From positions 10,592,873 through 10,656,872 of the forward strand of contig MU053881.1 of assembly GCA_013239625.1 (NCBI GenBank): DNA of 64,000 nt, given 5' to 3'. Both the position numbers and the translations under genes were made by a program. Positions 37,916 through 51,602 of this stretch are shown here, in pieces; position 1 is the first letter of the stretch; the number at the start of each line of letters is the position of its first letter. This stretch comes from Lama guanicoe (lineage: Eukaryota). Under the pieces are notes generated by a model that had not been told where the DNA came from, made no database searches, and was given only the letters and a program-made list of their open reading frames with translations.

Positions 37916-40109
37916 AAGCGAGAAGTAAAACAGGACAGTAAGATTGAAGTAAATCATAAGCAGCAGTTAAGGGCTGCTCCTCTCAGTCTCCGCTCATAGT
38001 TGACAGTCCATTTTCAGTCACTTCTCTGGTCTGTTTTTTTTTTTTTTTAATACCTCTTTCTATCAAAGTAGCGGAGACCGCCAAGATACATAGAACAAAA
38101 CAAAAATTTTCCACTAAGAGAAAATTGATTTTGTATATGGCATTAAAAAGAAAATTATGTGAGATTTGATTAACATACTTGAACACAACAAATGCATTTA
38201 ATTGATGTATATGCCAAAGTTTCTATGTATACTCCTTATGTGGTTAATATCAGAGATGTATGCAAATTTTCAACTCTTCTCTGTAAGTATGTGAAATAAA
38301 TCAACTACGGGAAGTATGTTCGTGAAAGATATCTCCTCATTTAAAAAAAACCACTTATCGTTTTAATTTCATTTGATGTTTTAAAAATGCAAATTTTCTG
38401 CAGCTCACAAAATCATCACCAGGAATGATCTTTATATTAATATGACTCTTTAATAGGAATATGCAAAATGTTTCAAATAAAATACATATGTCTTAAAGAG
38501 AGGTTGATCATCTATGATTGATGCTTGAAAAATTTTCTAATAAGGCAATAAATATTTTGGTTAAAAACCTTTCAAGGTAATGCTATTGTCTTAGACAACA
38601 AATATATTTCTTGTATCCGGGCACAGTTTATTCCTAAATCCTTTACTTAATGGCAATTGCTTTAATATTTGCCCAAGGAAAATGTTAAAATATTAATAAA
38701 CTAGTAACTTATTCCTTGACAGTGAGTCACTTCTTTGAACTTTCAGTTCAATCACTTACCAAAAAACCCCTAAGATTTATAAATTGAGAAATGGAAGTAG
38801 ATAGGTTATGAAAGAAGAAATATCTAGACAGTTATTTTTCCAGTCAGCAGTGGCAACTCCAACCATAGCAAAAAATAAAGGTAGTGCTCATGGAAATTAA
38901 GTAGAAATAGTTGATAGAGATGAGAAAATCTTCAGTCTAAAATTTTCAATGAACTTCAAATTGTAGTCTTCTGTAATAATCATGCATTTAAAATTAGTTC
39001 GTTTTAATCAAAAAGAATATAAAGCACATTTCAGAACATTTCATTACAGAAATACTATATACCATTATCTGAGAGGAACATATGTAAAGCATTCACCTCT
39101 TTCTCTGCCTAACCACTATAGATTTAAGCATTATTGAAGAGAATATTAACAGTCTGTTAAATGTACATGAGAGTAAAACACGAATCCCGTTTGTACTGGC
39201 CCTTGTAACTACATAATTGATGGTATGTTTTACATAATTAATTCAACACAGTAAGGAAAATAATTTAAACAACTGACTGACTGAAATTTAACTAGTGCAC
39301 TTACATTTGTACTTCATAAAAACTTCTGGGCAATTTAGATAACTTTCTCCTCTGTGTTTAAACAGTAGTCTGTATGTTTGAGCATCTCTTCGGTGCCATT
39401 TTCCCGAATAAAAGGCCAAAGTTAATTTGAAAATAAATACGAACTGTCTCTGACAGAGAAGCAAATGAAAGATCGATAGAATCATAGCTGAACACACATC
39501 TCCACACAACTCAAGCCCGAAGGACACAGATGGACCTCAATTACCCAGCTACTTCAAGAACAACTCCTTTGCTCTGATGTCATTCTTTAGTATTGTTTTA
39601 TTTCTAGACTGCATTTGGCATTTGCACATGTTGTGTTTTAATAAACTGTCAATTTGTTAAATTAACTTACTTCTTTATATAAATTATTTCCAGAATCCAT
39701 ACTCTTTTTTGAATTTTATTTTCTCCCTGCCTGATTCAAGTACACACGATCTTCCTCAAATGTGTGCAATAGTTTGATCATTAATCTTTCTGATGTAACA
39801 TACTCTAACTTCTAATTGACACACAAACTGCTAATCAAGTCACTGTAATCATTTCATTCTACTGCCTGGAGATTTTTGGTGGTTTTCTGTTGTTTAAGCA
39901 TAATTTACAAAGTCTCTAGCATAATATTCAGTATTCATTAAGAATTTGATACTATCTTGCCTTCTGAATTGTGTATCTTAATGCTACTCAGATAATACAT
40001 TTTTTCCACTACAGTTTTGGTAAGATTTATCATCATTAATGTTGCAATAACTGAACATTTGAATAAATTTGATGCATTACTCTATTAAAATAGTCAAACT
40101 TTAGGCATT

Positions 40110-40370
40110 TAATACAGACAGGATTGATATATTTGAGTCTACAACTTATGTGCTATAAGTTTTAGGCAGTATATTTTAGATTCTTGGGCTCAATTTTCTC
40201 ATTAGTATATTTGAGAAAAAATAAAATGTGCTTAAATTATATATATTCATCATATGTAATGTATAAAAATATGTACCTCCATATACCAGCATGTGTAAAA
40301 ATGGAATAGAATAAGCATGAAGTAAATGTTAGATTTTGTGATGATGATGATGATGAAGAAGATGATGATG
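40110..40370 (+). mobile_element. Degraded MIR followed by (GAT)n microsatellite (~40340-40370)
   Basis: GGGCTCAATTTTCTCATTAGT; GATGATGATGATGATGAAGAAGATGATGATG. Confidence 0.55.
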
Positions 40371-40729
40371 TTGAGAATTATAGGAAGAGAAAACCACGAT
40401 ACAGTTGATCGGTAATAATAAAACAAAATGTCAGAATAAGATTTCGAATAATCTCAGGTTTCATACACACATATAAACACACACAAATATATTATTTTGT
40501 AAAGCGGTAGCAGAGCACAGGTGTACGTCTAGAACTATGCATACAAGTCAATTAATAGTTCATTTCTTAGTAAAGGTGGAGGCGACATCCGGATACGTGT
40601 GTGTGATTTCATATACATGAAGTACATCCTAAGTAAAAATATATTGTGTATGTATGTATGTATATGTGTATATATTTACACAACATAATATCCTTTAAAA
40701 ATTAAATAAGTAAGAAAAGCAAACTTAAC

Positions 40730-43230
40730 AAGCACAATGGTTAATGATGAGTAACAATCTTTCCAAAAATAACAACTATAAACTCGGAAAATACACAAAA
40801 GTCTAACTAACTCAAGGCAGTGGAGACAATACAGAAGTAGTCAACAAAAGTGGGGGAAAAAAAAGTGAAGGAAACTGACACTAGGAAGAAATAAATGTCC
40901 TTATTTGAGCTTCACATTTTTTCCAGCTTATTCCCTGAGAAAAGGCTCTAGTTTTTACCCTAAATGTTTTAACTTTAGGGGAGAAAAGCTTCCTTCTTTC
41001 TCACAGACTTGAAGAAATGCAGGAGAGAATTTGGGGAAACCACAGCAGACGGACAGTGAGAGAGGAAATTCAAGGAGAGGCCACTGTTCAGAGCCCCATG
41101 CAACGTGGATACTCTTGCCCCGCCTATGGGCTGAACATTTAACCTGACAGGCACAAGTTAGATTCCAAGAAGGCTGCTGAAGACTGAAGAGCTGAAAAGA
41201 GATTTGAGCGGCGGTCCACCTTATTGGAGACAGTCTGAAGTGTGAGTTCAGCCGAGCTAATTGCCTATTTTTTAAATCAATAGTCTTCAGTGCAACATAA
41301 CAAAATTCTGAATCACTCTAATTCACAATTCATTGCCCAGCATTTAATCCAAAATCCACAACACGCAAAGAAACAGACCAATGTGATAACTCATGAAGAG
41401 AAAAGACGACCCCACAAATGACAGAGATGGTGGAAATGACAGACAAAAGATTTAATGTAGTTTTAAAAATGATGCTAAATGAAAATATGTTTGTAATGGA
41501 TTACAGGATAGAAACACCTAATTGACAATTAGAAACAAAATAAATGTAAAGAAGGAAAAAGAAATTTTCAGGTAAAACATTAAACGTCTTTTTAAAAATG
41601 CACTCGATCAGATTAATAGCAGATTTATGTTGAAAAATAATTTGTGAATTGATAATTGATAATACAAGTAAATTATCCAGTCTTTAGAAGAAAGTATAAC
41701 AAGATAGAAAAAACAAACTGGAAACTGGGCCTCAGAAAGCTGTGGGATAACATTAAAGGGTCTAACATTTCACGTTCCAGAAAGAAAGGAGAGAGAAAAT
41801 GAAGCACAAAATTTGAAGAAATGACAGCTGGAAATTTCCCCAGTACGGTTAATATAAATTTACAAATTCAAAAAGCTCAGGCAACCTCAAACAGAATAAA
41901 CATAAAATAGACCAGGAAATATTTCTCATTCTTCAAGAACAGCCTAATCCAAATATCAAAACTTAGTACAGATTTTTTTTTTTTACAAAGAAGTTTAGAG
42001 ACTCATGTCTCAAAAATGAAACATTATCAAATCAAATTCAGCAATATATAATAAGTACAATATATCATTTCCAATTGGCATTTATCCACAGTGCATGATG
42101 GTTAATTTAACATTTAAAAATTAATCAGTGTAATTAAGCATATTAACAGAATAATTGAGAAAAAACTGTAGGATCATTTTCAGTACATGCAGACAAATAA
42201 AATTCAACATAATTCATGATTAAAAAAACAATTTGCAAACTAGAAAGATAAATAAATGTCCACAGTCTGTGAAAGAGCATCTTCAATAGTCCTATGGCTT
42301 CCATATTTAATGATTTAAATATTAAATGCTTTCACCTAAAATTTGAAACAAGCTAAGATGCCCAGTCTCAAACTTTCTATTCAGTTTCGTACTGGAGTGT
42401 CTAGCTCTTGTAACAAGACCAGTAAGAAAAGAGTATAAAAAAGAAGTAAATTTGTCTTCAAAAACTACTTAAAATGGTTATATAGAAAATCACAAGGAAT
42501 CTACAACAGACCTTGTAGAATAAGCGAATTTAGCAAAGTCACAGTATGGTAAGTTTAACATAATAAATTAATTAAATTTGATACATGAATAGCCAACTAT
42601 TTGAAAGTGAAATTCCAATGGTATTCCATTTATATTAGCATCAGATAACAATACGCTTAGGAATAAATTTAACAACTATATGCAAGACTTTGACAGTGAA
42701 AACTCAAAAAGAGTGGGGAGACAAATTTTAGAACACCTAATTCATGGAGAGATAGTCCATGTTTATGGATTGGAAGACAATATTGTTAAGATATCAGTTC
42801 TCCCTAAATTATTCTATAGAGTCAAACAATTTCAGTCATAATCTCAGGAAGCTTCTTTGTAAAAGTCAACAAGTTACTCCTAAAATTCATACAGAAATTC
42901 AAAATAACTAGAATGTCCAGAGCAATATTAAAACCTTAGAACAAATTGGCGGGACATTGACTAACTGCCTGAAAAAACTTATTACAAAACTTCACTAATC
43001 AAAATGAGGCATACGAAATAGGTCCCTGGAACAGTGCAGAGTCCCCACTTGCCTCTTCTCATTTGATATTTGAAGAGGACAGAGCAATCCAATCAAAAAT
43101 GGAAAGTACTTTCCCCAAGAGGTATCACAACCATGGATATTCAGGAGGGAAAAGCAATTCTCAAATCCTACCAAACACTTTACAAAAATGTATTCACCTT
43201 GGGTTGTAAGCCCAATTATAAAAGCTAAGA
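40730..43230 (+). mobile_element. Old L1M element (5' region, ORF1 and ORF2 remnants, internal deletions)
   Basis: ORF1-like CTCAGAAAGCTGTGGGATAACATTAAAGGGTCTAACAT; ORF2-like TTCTATTCAGTTTCGTACTGGAG, CCATGTTTATGGATTGGAAGAC, TTAGGAATAAATTTAAC. Confidence 0.8.
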
Positions 43231-43269
43231 ATGGGACGACATGTACTTGATGTTGTTTTCCATTAGGAA

Positions 43270-43703
43270 ATCACCTCTATCTCACTCCATTTGGTCTTAG
43301 CGGGCCTGCATTCCGTTTACTCATGATGCCTGAGTACCACGTTGAAGCGGTGGGCACGTGACGAGGACTCGTCTTTCAGAACACCCATCCCTCATGCAAA
43401 GGAATTTGTTCACTAAGGACCATGTGGCTCAACCCTTGGCAAATGTTGTCTCCCCTCCTTCTCAATGTTCCTTGAGATCTGAATACTCTGTAGTTGTAAA
43501 GATGCTCATCTGTCTGTCTGCCTACCTGCCAACCTTCACAAACATTTCCAGGTAAAAGCAGAAGCAAGAGCTGAGAGCACACACAAAAGGCGCTGCTGGG
43601 TTCCTGCCCACAGTCCTGCCTGAAACCCTCTGTACACTTGGCCTTTCCAATCGACACATGTTTTTATTAAACTATTCTGAGATGTTTTTCTTCCTGGCAT
43701 CTC
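43270..43703 (+). mobile_element. Old MaLR LTR (MLT1-like)
   Basis: GGACCATGTGGCTCAA...CAGAAGCAAGAGCTGAGAG...CCTGCCTGAAACC...TACTGATGAATACA. Confidence 0.5.
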
Positions 43704-43799
43704 TAAGGGTACTGATGAATACAAATAAGAGAAGAGAAGAGCAGTCAAAAGGAAAAACATGATCAAAGGTAAAGCAGTTTGAAAGAGAACATTACGTGC

Positions 43800-44260
43800 A
43801 GGGTACTGTGTAAATAGAACATGAGAAAGTGATTTAAAGCTGAGTCCGGACAGGTGGGTTAAAGGAAATAGGTAAGGAGTTCATTGTACCATGTTGGTTA
43901 TCATTAATGCCATCACTAGAAGAATAACGTGGTCAGACCTGTACTGTGCGAGGGTGACAATAAAGATCTGAACACAGGAGAGTTTGCAAATAGGGGAGGG
44001 GGCTGCATTAGGAAAACGCTGCAGTGATTAACATGAGATGAGCTAGTTTAAACGGTAATGACAGTGGGGGCAGAAATGAGAACAGTGAATTTAAAAAAAA
44101 AAACAAAAAAGAAAAAACTGAAATCAGAGAGACTAATCTTTGCGAAAACATGTAGAATGCTGAGTGAGAGGAGGTCCAATCATCATTATGAGATTTCTAA
44201 TTTGAGTAACTCAGCAAATGCAGAACCGTTAACGGGAACAGAAGACACAGATGTGTCAGG
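43800..44260 (-). mobile_element. L2 fragment
   Basis: TAACGTGGTCAGACCTGTAC...TAGGAAAACGCTGCAGTGAT...ATGAGATTTCTAATTTGAGTAACT. Confidence 0.55.
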
Positions 44261-44389
44261 AAAACACACTAAAGCATTAATAATCACAGCATTTCCCTTT
44301 CTTCCCTCTCCTTTCACCAACCTCCACAATAATTATTGCTTTTATTGTTATGATTATCATCACCCTCCTTTTAGAAGAAGCCTAATTAA

Positions 44390-44745
44390 TTTTTTTTTAT
44401 TGAGACGTATTTCATATAACATAAAATTCACATTTTACAGTGTACGCATCCTTGGTTTCAGCACACATTTACAAAATTGTAGAACCAACCATCACTATCT
44501 CCTTCCGGAACATTTCCATCATCCCATAAAAAGCCCCATACCCGTTAGAAGTCATTTCCCATTCCTTGTTCTCCTAACCCTTGGGAATCACTAACCTACT
44601 TTTCCTCTCTATGGATATGCCTAATATGGAAATGTCATGTAATCTGACTCATCAATTTGTGAGCACATGTGTCTGTTCTTTTACTTAACGCGTGCTTCAA
44701 GGGTCACCCATCATGCAGCATGGACCAACATTTCATTCACTCATA
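44390..44745 (-). mobile_element. L1MB-like 3' end
   Basis: TTTTTTTTTATTGAGACGTATTTCATATAACATAAAATTCAC...GAACATTTCCATCATCCCA...AATCACTAACCTACTTT. Confidence 0.8.
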
Positions 44746-44749
44746 GGTG

Positions 44750-44883
44750 TAAGTGTCAGTTATGCAAAATGAACAAGTTCTAGAGATTGGTATGTATAGT
44801 GCAGCATTTTCCATAAAGGTATCAATACTGTGTTGTGCACTTTAAGTAATTTTTTGAGGCTTGATCTCTTTTTAAGTCTTTTT
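44750..44883 (+). mobile_element. L1MA/MB-like 3' UTR fragment
   Basis: TCAGTTATGCAAAATGAACAAGTTCTAGAGAT...AATACTGTGTTGTGCACTT. Confidence 0.65.
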
Positions 44884-44884
44884 A

Positions 44885-45042
44885 GAGAAACAGAAAGAAA
44901 AGAAGGAAAAAAAGAAAGAAGGGAGGAAAAAAGAAAAAAGAGAAAAGAAAGAAAAAGGAGGGAGAGAGGGAAGGAGAGAGGAAAGAAGGAAGGAAGGAAG
45001 GAAAAGGAAACAGAGAGAGAGAAAGGGAGGGTGGGAGGGAGG
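44885..45042 (+). repeat. Polypurine (GA-rich) low-complexity tract
   Basis: About 158 bp of almost pure A/G (GAAA, GGAA, GGGA units). Confidence 0.9.
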
Positions 45043-46899
45043 AACCTCCTTTTCCCTGGGAATCCTTATTGTGGAGACACTGCCTGAACTTTTGTGTTGT
45101 TTTGTACTAATCTAGTCAGTTAGCAGAAGATTTGTGGGAAACTCTGACTAAGGAGTAATTCTGAGCCCTGCATCCAAAGAGAAGGAAAAAGAAAAACCAA
45201 ATGCAGATCTTGAACTTGGAGGATCTGGCTCAATGCTAAAGTACACAAAAATAAGCTTAGCTGAAGGAGCCAAGTACTACCGTGTTGTTTTTTTTTTAAA
45301 CTGTGAACATTTCCATCTTTATATTCAGCAAATTGTTGAGTAAACTATATTACATCTTCAGCTTGCTATAATTACAGTACTGCTCTCATGTACTTCTGAA
45401 TTCCATAGCAATTTATTTCTAGAAATGCTCTGTAAATTAATGTGATGCTAACTAGGAATGTGAGTTCACAAAGGTTCCTCTCTGAGAGTTCTAAAAGGGA
45501 GACTCAACTCCTGTGAAATCAAAGCCTGTCTTTTAAGCAAACAAAGTAAGCAGACAGCATCCTGGGTAAATCTCAGGACTAACAGATGGCTTCTGCTCAA
45601 CATGAAACAGTATCATTAGAGAAATCTGCATTTATCGTATCAGATCTTCCTCAGCAAAGAGTTGGAGAATCCAGTGGAGAGGATAGGCAACCGGGTTCTT
45701 ATCTCTAGAAATGCCTTTAATGCAATGTGACCCAGGTCCTGGAAAAATATGGACTGAGGACATTTATGTCATTAATAGTTCCAAATACATTTTTTTTTAA
45801 TTCTCAGATTTGATAATGATAACGCTGGAAAAGAGAGAGACAAGCTAGAACAGTGGGAGATAAAGCACAGGCAAGTTTTTGTTTGGTTCTACCTTTTCCT
45901 CAGGGTAGGGAGACAAGATACAGGAAAGAAAGTTCTAGTCACACTGTTGGGAAGAAAAGAACTATCATAAAGGAATTGTACTTGCATGAAAATTACACTT
46001 CAGTCTCTGCCTAGCTCAAGAGGAGGAAGGCAGCAGATAGATTTGAAAAAACACAGAACAAATCCAAAGACCAAAACAAATAGTATACGTTTTTTGACTT
46101 ATAGAAGTTCTTCATGCATATTCAAGTTCCTTTAAGTCTTCCAAATGAGTAAATAACAGGCAGTTTTATTGTAATTACTGGACTCCAATATTTACAGAAA
46201 ACTGACCACCATGAATACATAATTATTCTATTATGTCCACTCTAGTAAACAGAGAGACTGTTTATTCATTTACTATGACATAAAAATCTTGTTTTCTTCC
46301 TTACTCTGCAGAAGTGAACTGAAACACTTGGTTAGGCAATTATGTGAGTAGAATTCTCATTTTAGAGAAAATGTAGCTGAATCAGATTAATATACTTAAT
46401 TTGAATGGAAATGTACATAAATGTGTAATTGCTTTATTAATAGTAAAACTGGATTTGGCTTAAAATGGAAGAGTTTTATAAAGTACCCTGATGGAAATGG
46501 ACACATTTGTTACTCCCACAAACTTCACTTGGAGAGTCTGAGTGTTTATGACAACGTTGACCTATGTCTTTATAAGAGTAATTACATATTTGATTGTGGT
46601 GTTTACTCTTGATGGAGTGATGGGGGCATTATGATTACTATCCTCAGTAGGGTTGGAAAGGTTTAGCAAAACTTATAATAAGAATTATTTCTCTTAGATT
46701 ATTTTATCAACATAAATTAGAGAAAAAGTAATGGAAATTGGCATTTTTATGTATTACTTCAAAATTGAAATTGATGGGTATTTGTTAAAACAGAAAAAGA
46801 GGATGTGATTCGTAAACATTTTTTTTCAAGAGTATTCCAGTTATGTATGTCACAAATAGAAGGACTGACCAATAAAGATTTTAAAAACGTTGAATAAAA

Positions 46900-47480
46900 T
46901 AATTCACTCCTGCTGTGTGCCTGTCACTGTTTTCAGTATTTTATGCGTGTTAATTTAATTATCAGTTTAAGCCTATGATGCAGGCTGTATGATTATTCTT
47001 AGTTTACAGGAGAGGACACTGAGTGACAAGGAAGTTCAAAGACTATTCAAAGCCACACAGATAAACAGAAATTCTGGCCGCAGGCGTCTGGTCTAGAGTC
47101 GGAGAGCTTAACCTGGATGCTTAAGCACTTTTCACATTGTCCCACAGCACAGCTTCAATTGACCAATGGTTAAACAGAAGACAGAAATGCAAATGTAAGT
47201 GCGCATAAGACACAGCAACTCTACAGTGGTTCCAAATGGGAACACAGAGATTATGACAACCCTGAAACCTTCAACTTTCTACTACAATGCCTTTACATGG
47301 TCTCGCTCTTAAATTCCACTGTAATCCTTGGGATAAAAACAAGATACTCAGTGCTATTATTAAGTCTATGTTATAAGTAAGGAAACGGACTTAAAAAGGT
47401 TAGTCAACTCACCCAAGATTACACAGTAAGTTAGAGCTCAGATTTAAAACACGATCGCCAATCTCCACGGGTACCCTTAG
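46900..47480 (-). mobile_element. Two MIR fragments (~46900-47120 and ~47320-47480)
   Basis: TTTACAGGAGAGGACACTGAG...CAAAGCCACACAG; ATAAGTAAGGAAACGGAC...AACTCACCCAAGATTACACAG. Confidence 0.7.
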
Positions 47481-49044
47481 CCACGAGGATACACACTGTT
47501 TGCAAATCATTTCATCTTTCTGATCCTTATTTCTCCTCAGTATAGGGAAAATATTAATTTAGATTATCTCAATATTTCAGGCTGACATTTCCATAGCTAC
47601 GTACATCATGTACTTAATAACCACATGAGACAGTTTGTTTCATGGTGACCTTGGAAAGGGATGCCCTTGGTTACAAGGGAGATGTTTGTAGATGGACTTA
47701 CTAATCAAATTCATTTCTACCAGAATACTCACTTGAAATGCCCAGCTTAATGAGGATGGGACATAAAAGTTAGAAACACAGAGAACTAAGTCATGAGATA
47801 TTTTTTAATCTCCTATTTCTCCAAATAGAAAATATTGATCTTTTGAAAATTTAATTTCCTTAATTATATTAAAAAATCTCATTGATGTTGAATCTTATTA
47901 GAGGTAGCAGTGATCTAGAAGTCTACGATTCTACCAAGGTTTTGATTTTCATTTGGTGATTCTGGAATTTAAAGATTCTGACCAACTGTATAAACATTTG
48001 TGTTATGTGCTCTTTTTTTTTATTTTTTTCCTGTGTCTATCTCTCTTTCTCTCATCTTAGATTCCTTACACTCTATTATAGAGTTTTAAGGGAAAAACAA
48101 GATTGGAAATAAAATACTCCTGGAGTCATATGGTGAGTCAAGAATGAGTATTTGTTTTTCATTTTTCTAAAGTCAATGTGAACTGTGTTGAATTCCTTTG
48201 AGAAAACAACTGTGTAAAAGCAAGGGCTATTATATCTTTAAGCATGTAATTTACTTTATAAATGTAAGCACATGCATATTTACCATCCTCTGGGAAAAAC
48301 ACAGAACATGTACACTAGGGAATTTTGTTTCATTTCAGCAGGAAAGTAGAATATTGCAATGTATCCAAATTATTCATTACAGAACAAAATGTCTCCAAAT
48401 AAGACTAGAAACACAAAGTTCTTATAGTCAACACTGAAGAAGTATTTCAATATATATCCTTTGAGAAACAGGGCCAAAACTTTCAGCTATTTGTCTCACA
48501 TATAGTAAAAACTGGCAAATGAAGATTTCAGAAAAGCTGAATAAAACATTTCACACACTGTCTTAAATAATTTTATAGTTGTGAGCTTTATTTACTCATT
48601 CTGTGTATCTCCCCACCTAAACAGGCATACAGACGGCCTCAACCCCTTTCTTTTTAATATTTCATTCCCTTTGTTTTCTCCTTTTTGTTTAAATGCCATA
48701 AAGCTAGGTAGGCATCCTTCCTACCTTCTAGGGTAGAAATCATAACTGCCATCTCGAATATTGTCCAGTTGCATAAAATAAGGAGACCCATGCTCCTTGT
48801 TATCTATACTGAGCATCTAAGATCTCGCTGAGGAAAGTAACTACAATGCCATGTTCACTGATGTTTTACATTATGTGATTAACATATCGGTAATACATGC
48901 GACTATTTTTTTAACCACAGAAAAATAATTACCTGCGACAAAGAAAAAAAGAGAGAGAAATGTGAAATGCTTTAAAATTTTAGTAGTATCTTCTTCAGTA
49001 AGTCCATGAATTCGAAAGAGGCAAAAATTGTATCAGCATGAGTA

Positions 49045-49255
49045 ACAGTAGTCAAATTTTATTAAGGGCTTATATCAGGGCTTTTACTAAGGTCTTTAAA
49101 TGTTTATATAACAATATTTACTCCTTACAATGACCCCATGAGGTATCTACTATCATTCAGAGAAAAAAAAATATTAAAAAAAAGAAGGAAAAGTGAATCT
49201 AAGCAACCAGTTTAAGGTTACATGATTTTTCACCAGAACTCTATGCTCTTAATAC
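49045..49255 (-). mobile_element. MIR SINE
   Basis: ATTTACTCCTTACAATGACCCCATGAGGTATCTACTATCATT...CAGAACTCTATGCTCTTAA. Confidence 0.65.
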
Positions 49256-50369
49256 ACTTTATATTAGTTAATAACCATGCAGGTAAATTCAATAAGCCTT
49301 TCAAGTTGCTACTAAGTGTTTAGTAAAATGTAATATGCTCTGGTGAGTAGAAAAAAGTAGTAAATACAAGTGATTGTTCTTTGATCAAATATAGTTATTT
49401 GACAACAGTTTAATAATATAAGATACATTAAGTTTAAAACTAAGAGATAAAATAGTATTATAGACTTAATCTTTAAAAATAGTACATAGAGCAAAGTGGC
49501 TTATTTACTAGAAAAAATATGGAGTTGTATTTATAATTTATAATATAAGCAATCAGACAGAAGTCTCAAGTTAAAAATGTATTAACAGCATATTGGAAGG
49601 GGCAGGACAATTTTAAACTGTCCTCCTTTCTCCCCATTTCCGTGCTGATATTTATCTTATCATTGACTGTATTTAAATAACTAATAATTTCCCTGCTCAG
49701 CAAATAGACTTAGAATATCTCTATTGAACAAGCATTATTCTGGTTCTGAAATATTAGGGTATCTCATCCACTGTCTACTTCCTGTCCCCAAGCAAGGCTA
49801 TGTATCAGGAAAGATCACGTGTTCCTAACTCACTCTGCAACCTGTACCTTAAGTTTAAGCTCTTTTTCTTAATTTAGTATGAGATGCCAAGGTGTTTGGC
49901 AAATGGAATTTTCTAGAGTTTATGGGCAGATGATGCCAGTAACAAAATGTATAGAACAGAAACCTAGCTGAGAAGTTGTGAAAAGAGTGCTCCTCCCTGC
50001 TAAAGCAATTTTTTCTTAAAGAGGGGACGTAATAGTTTTTTACGATGATGATGAAAAAGTGTGGAAAGAGGAAGTAAAAAGCAAAACTATGTCACACGGA
50101 GGAGAAAGACAAAAAAGTCATTCCAATACCCATGGTGATGACTACAGAAATACATAATGTGGTGGGTGTATGTGATAGAAAGCTTTGTAGAGCACAGATA
50201 CAGAGACTGAATGCGCCCAAAATGGGAGTCCATCTAAATACACAAGGCTGATTTAAAAAAAAAAATAGAAGGAGGTTTAAAACAGAAAAGTGTTCATACA
50301 AAGTAAAATATGGAAAGAGAAAGTAGCAAAGCTTTTACTGATTGTGGTTCCTATTGTGTTGGCCACATA

Positions 50370-50640
50370 TAATGTGACAGGCATGGTTTTAGGTGCTTGG
50401 TATGTCAGTGAAAAAAATCCCAAAAATCCTTTCTCTCATGAATAGTACAGTGTAGCTGAAAAGAGACTAGTGATTAACAAGAGTCCAATAAATAAGCAAT
50501 GAGTGATTAAGGTTTTGAAAATAGTTCAAACTTGGGTAGGTGACAGGGCTAGGAGCAGGCTACTTTTGGTTAAACAGTTATTAGCCTGGGACTTATGGAG
50601 AAGATGATTTGAACAAAAGGACAAGGGAATTGAACGAAGT
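50370..50640 (-). mobile_element. L2 3' fragment
   Basis: ATGTGACAGGCATGGTTTTAGGTGCTTGG...TCAGTGAA...CTCATGAATAGTACAGTGTAG. Confidence 0.6.
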
Positions 50641-50926
50641 GGGGTCTGATTCAAAATGTAAAACACACAGCCTAAAAACATTTCAAATAACTTAGAATGT
50701 GTACCTCTGGAGGATGAGGAGGGAAACTGGACTGAGGTAGCAGTAAAAACTTAATGAATGAATGAAAGAATGAAAGAAACAGACAAACAAGAGGTAGACC
50801 TTTCATAGAACAATGATCATTGTGCGCTAGAAAATTAGAACATGGTACTTCAATTTCTATCCATGAAATCTAATCACTTCCCCTGTCCCACTCATGAGGA
50901 AATCAGGGACACAGTCTTCACCTTAA

Positions 50927-51144
50927 TAGGACTGACATTTAGCAAATAACACTATAGGATACTGAAATTTTAATTTCAGATCAGTAGCAACTATCATTTA
51001 TTTTTAGCATAACTGTGGTTCATGCTTTATTTATCTGCTGCTTATAAATGATAATAAAAATATAAATAATGAAATAGGAATTATTCATTGTTTATCTGAA
51101 ATTCTCCTTTAACTGCGTGTACTGTATTTTACCAGGCAAGCCTA
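50927..51144. mobile_element. MER53 palindromic non-autonomous hAT element (MITE)
   Basis: TAGG...AATTTCAGATCAG...TTATTCATTGTTTATCTGAAATTC...TTTAACTG...CTGTATTTTACCAGGCAAGCCTA. Confidence 0.75.
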
Positions 51145-51602
51145 CATTCCGATGCCTTTCCCATGCCATCCCTTGGTTTACCTAAATGTCCCCTAATCTT
51201 GACCTCTGAAACACTTTATGTTATATTGAGAGTCTGTTGGCGGTGATAGAAGGAAACTCTGAGAAACTATTCTGGTGCTTAGGGATGGTTTATAAAAGCC
51301 TCATTCTGAGCTCGGCTTGATACTGAAGCAATTGTGGAAAAAACGGAATACAACCTTAAAGAAATAAATAGTATTGATGAGTGCCAATGACTCTGCTGTG
51401 GGAAAAATATAAATAAATAAGAGACTTGAATAAAGAAATAAAGAAGGTCATAAAAGCTTTAGGATACAAGTTCACTTAAATAGCGTATTTTCATGGAGAG
51501 GGTAGAGAATGCTATCACAAATTCCCTTCTCAACTGAAATAAAACAAAGAATGAACAGAGAACAAATGTTGGATTTCGGAAGGTGTTTACTGAAAATCTT
51601 AC

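Noticed and set aside
44058..44594. 178-aa ORF
   Set aside because: Spans an L2 remnant and an antisense L1MB 3' end; chimeric repeat-derived frame
44390..44883. Twin-priming inverted L1
   Set aside because: Both opposite-orientation pieces are 3'-UTR-terminal sequence from apparently different subfamilies, so independent insertions are more likely
44830..45087. Charged K/E/R-rich ORF
   Set aside because: Translation of the polypurine low-complexity tract
46286..46349. Possible 32-nt micro-exon (pyrimidine tract-CAG ... GTGAGT)
   Set aside because: Isolated splice-like signals with no partner exons; common by chance in 64 kb
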